Assembly (NCBI RefSeq): GCF_024521635.1
Contig: NW_026250410.1
Coordinates: 248,001 to 312,000 of the forward strand
Direction: 5' to 3'
Source of the DNA: Tricharina praecox
Lineage: Eukaryota
Length of the DNA: 64,000 bases
Below the pieces are notes generated by a model. That model had not been told where the DNA came from and ran no database searches. It saw nothing but the letters and a program-made list of their open reading frames with translations. The position numbers and the translations under genes were made by a program. Position 1 is the first letter of the stretch. Each line of letters starts with the position of its first letter. This document shows positions 61,540-64,000 of the stretch, one piece after another.

Positions 61540-63555
61540 ATGGCCTGTGAGCATTGCCACCGTTCGTGGGGACCCTCATCCAACAGACGCAACAGCTTGC
61601 CCACCACATTCGAAGAAGCGAACGTAACCGCACACTCCTCCAGATCCTTCAGCACAGCAGCCGAGGAAACGAGCGTGGCGTCCACCTGCTCGGAGATCGA
61701 CTGCAAACATGCAAGGTGCGCCAATGCAACCTACCCATCCATTATCTCGCCGTCCTGCAGTGAGCACCATCGATCTGTGGAAGATCCCAGTTTCTCGGCG
61801 GGAGGTGACACTCCCATATGGTGCAAGACGTGTGCGTCTGAATCCACCATCTACTATCCCCCCGACACCAGCAGCCCCGTGACCCAGACTCCGCTGGCGC
61901 AGAAAGAGCGCTACGAGGGAGACCGAAGCAAGTTGTATCGGCTCCGCCAGGGCTGGGGCGAGACACCACCGGGCCCCGAGAGCGAGCTAGTAGAGGCTAC
62001 CGGGTATGATGGCGTCTCCACCGCGGACTTTGAGAATAGCAGGATCACGGAGGTGGATGAGGAGGCGGAGGATACGGACATGGGCAATACGACAAAGGAG
62101 GTAGAAGGACATGATGTTTCCTTCCGCTTTACCTCTCGCTCCAATGACAAATCCCCCTCAAAACCCTCCGATGACAGCTTCCTCCCCGACCCCCCAGAAA
62201 CGAGCATGACACTGGAGCCGTTCACAATCTTCCGCAAGAGGGTACAAGGCTTCATGCGGCGCACCGGAAAAGCTTACACGGCGGACTACGTCGAGGACTT
62301 TGGCGTCTCGAGCCACCGCATCATCGCCATCCACCACAAGAAGAAGCCGAGGTCATCCAAGAGCCTGCCATCGCAGATCCTCCGGATCCCCCGCAAGACG
62401 AAGCTGTGGACCGACGAGCAGGGAATAAACGTCAACATCCACCACCACGTAGCGGTGAAGGCGTACATCCGGCGGCTGAACTTGACCGCGGGACCGCCAG
62501 CGTGGCTGGCGTACGATGCCACCGCCGAGAACGAGCTCGGCTGCGGTTACATACTCGAGGCATTCTGCAAAGACGGTGTTTTGCGGGACCAGATGTGGTG
62601 CCGCGACATCGAGACCAAGCTCGACATCTGCGAGCAGGTGATCAACATTCTCACGGAGCAGGGAAAGATCGTGTTCCCCGAAGCGGGAAAGCTGGTGTCT
62701 GCATGGAAACTCGCCGACCGCCACAGCGACTACATCAGCGGCATCCAAAACCCGCAGGAACTCTCGACCTCCGTCAAAATCGAAGGCCTGGGGATCGGCG
62801 TGCGCATCGCCCCGCAGAAAATCCTCGCCGGCGTCATAAAGGAATTCATCAAAGCGTGGCCCCTCCGCGAAAACATCTGGTTCCTGACCTCTTTCGAACA
62901 CATGTGGGAGAAGCTCCGGGTCGTGGCCTTTGAGATGAACCGGCTGCGGTTCTTCGACGACGAGGATAACTACGATTCCGGCGTCTGGAGCCAGGAGGTC
63001 GCGGCGCTGAGCCATGTTCTCTACCACGGTGATCTGGATCCACGGAATCTGGCGGTAACTTCATCCGGGCCTGGGGACAGGATCGTGATCACCGAGATGC
63101 TCGATTGGGACGATACCGTTGCCGTCCCGGCCGTCATCGCGCGAAGGCCGCCGGTGTGGTTGTGGTGTCCCGATATCAGTAACCTGGAACCGAATTGGGA
63201 CGGGGACTACGATACGCTCAAGAAGGAGCCGCCGCTCACTGAGGATGGAAAGAGGGTCAAGGCTTTGTTCTTCAGGAAGATGGAGTATCAGTTCCCCGGG
63301 TATACGAGAGATTGCTATAATCCGAGGAAGCGCTGGACGAGAAGAATCTGGGAGATTGTGAGATATGGGTTCTTTTTGGGAAAGCATTTGGCGAGGTGTG
63401 AGAAGTTCCTTGCGGACTGGGAGGAGTGGAAGCAGGAATATTGTCCATTAGGTGTGCCGAAAATTGAGGATGATAAGACGAGGGAGAGCTTTTGGACGGA
63501 GGAGGATTATGACTTTTCTCAGTTGGAAAAGTTAGCGGAGATGCAATTGTTTTAG
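61540..63555 (+). CDS. Aminoglycoside-phosphotransferase/choline-kinase-like (APH fold) protein with Cys-rich N-terminus
   Basis: ILRIPR (VAIK-equivalent), YDATAENELGCGYIL, LYHGDLDPRNL (catalytic loop), ITEMLDWDD (metal-binding) and PPVWLW. The ORF-track start is GTG and the first ATG is 61540. Confidence 0.8.
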   Translation: MACEHCHRSWGPSSNRRNSLPTTFEEANVTAHSSRSFSTAAEETSVASTCSEIDCKHARCANATYPSIISPSCSEHHRSVEDPSFSAGGDTPIWCKTCASESTIYYPPDTSSPVTQTPLAQKERYEGDRSKLYRLRQGWGETPPGPESELVEATGYDGVSTADFENSRITEVDEEAEDTDMGNTTKEVEGHDVSFRFTSRSNDKSPSKPSDDSFLPDPPETSMTLEPFTIFRKRVQGFMRRTGKAYTADYVEDFGVSSHRIIAIHHKKKPRSSKSLPSQILRIPRKTKLWTDEQGINVNIHHHVAVKAYIRRLNLTAGPPAWLAYDATAENELGCGYILEAFCKDGVLRDQMWCRDIETKLDICEQVINILTEQGKIVFPEAGKLVSAWKLADRHSDYISGIQNPQELSTSVKIEGLGIGVRIAPQKILAGVIKEFIKAWPLRENIWFLTSFEHMWEKLRVVAFEMNRLRFFDDEDNYDSGVWSQEVAALSHVLYHGDLDPRNLAVTSSGPGDRIVITEMLDWDDTVAVPAVIARRPPVWLWCPDISNLEPNWDGDYDTLKKEPPLTEDGKRVKALFFRKMEYQFPGYTRDCYNPRKRWTRRIWEIVRYGFFLGKHLARCEKFLADWEEWKQEYCPLGVPKIEDDKTRESFWTEEDYDFSQLEKLAEMQLF

Positions 63556-63682
63556 TCTGGATAATTGGGATATTTGTTTGATGCATTCCTTCTTTGTTTC
63601 GTCACGGAATGAAAGTACATGCGAAATTAGACCCAATCATGATGTGAAACTCGACCATTAGTCCAGAACCTTCATCGTCAAC

Positions 63683-64000
63683 TCAAGCCTTCTTCAAATC
63701 CAGAACCATATCCGCCACCTGGACCTGATCCCCTTTCACCACACCCGCCTTCTTCAGAATGCCTAGGGTCTTTTCGACAACCTCCTTCTCAACAACCCCA
63801 CAATCCTTGGAAAACTTGACCGTCTTCAACCACTCCCTCGCATCCTCCTCCGAGTAATCCAGATTACCCGCGATCCACTTTACTGCCTCAGCCAGGTGCT
63901 CATTGAAATACTTCACACCCTCGTTGACAGCCTCGGCAAACGCAGCCACAGCCTCTGTCTTCTGCGAGGAGTGCGCTACAATATGCCAGGACGGCCACGG
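63683..64000 (-). CDS. C-terminal part of an NMT1/THI5-like periplasmic-binding-protein-fold protein (runs off the window)
   Basis: PWPSWHIVA..AVNEGVKYF..AVKWIAGNLDYSEEDAREWLKTVKF..TLGILKKAGV, which resembles fungal NMT1-like substrate-binding-fold proteins. Confidence 0.7.
   Translation of the reverse strand, partial: PWPSWHIVAHSSQKTEAVAAFAEAVNEGVKYFNEHLAEAVKWIAGNLDYSEEDAREWLKTVKFSKDCGVVEKEVVEKTLGILKKAGVVKGDQVQVADMVLDLKKA

Noticed and set aside
1..64000. tRNA, rRNA or snRNA genes
   Set aside because: No cloverleaf with A/B boxes or conserved rRNA segments was recognised by eye. A tRNAscan-SE/Infernal run would be needed to exclude them.

Overview
Eukaryotic DNA from a filamentous ascomycete, judged from short GT..CTRAC..AG introns, Zn2Cys6 and p24 genes and microsatellite-rich intergenic DNA. 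The main feature is a compact six-gene aromatic-catabolism cluster at 5.6-17.8 kb. It contains a phenol 2-monooxygenase-like FAD hydroxylase, a family III CoA-transferase-like protein, a Zn2Cys6 regulator, a small SnoaL/NTF2-like protein, a 3-oxoadipate enol-lactonase-like alpha/beta hydrolase and an intradiol ring-cleavage dioxygenase. The three promoter regions serving the five non-regulator genes share a repeated CATCCGA(C) motif. The rest of the window holds housekeeping genes (TBC Rab-GAP, ubiquitin E2, MUS81, Ulp2-like SUMO protease, p24 cargo receptor, an APH-like kinase and a partial NMT1/THI5-like protein) and a few small orphan ORFs. A gene-poor 30.5-55 kb zone contains transposon debris: a poly(A)-tailed retro-insertion with a 17-bp target-site duplication, a chromovirus integrase end with an LTR, a GTCC-rich repeat pair, a TIR-bounded MITE with a second diverged copy, and minisatellites. 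No tRNA, rRNA or CRISPR features were recognised. Exon boundaries were read by hand and family assignments come from motif recognition, not database searches.
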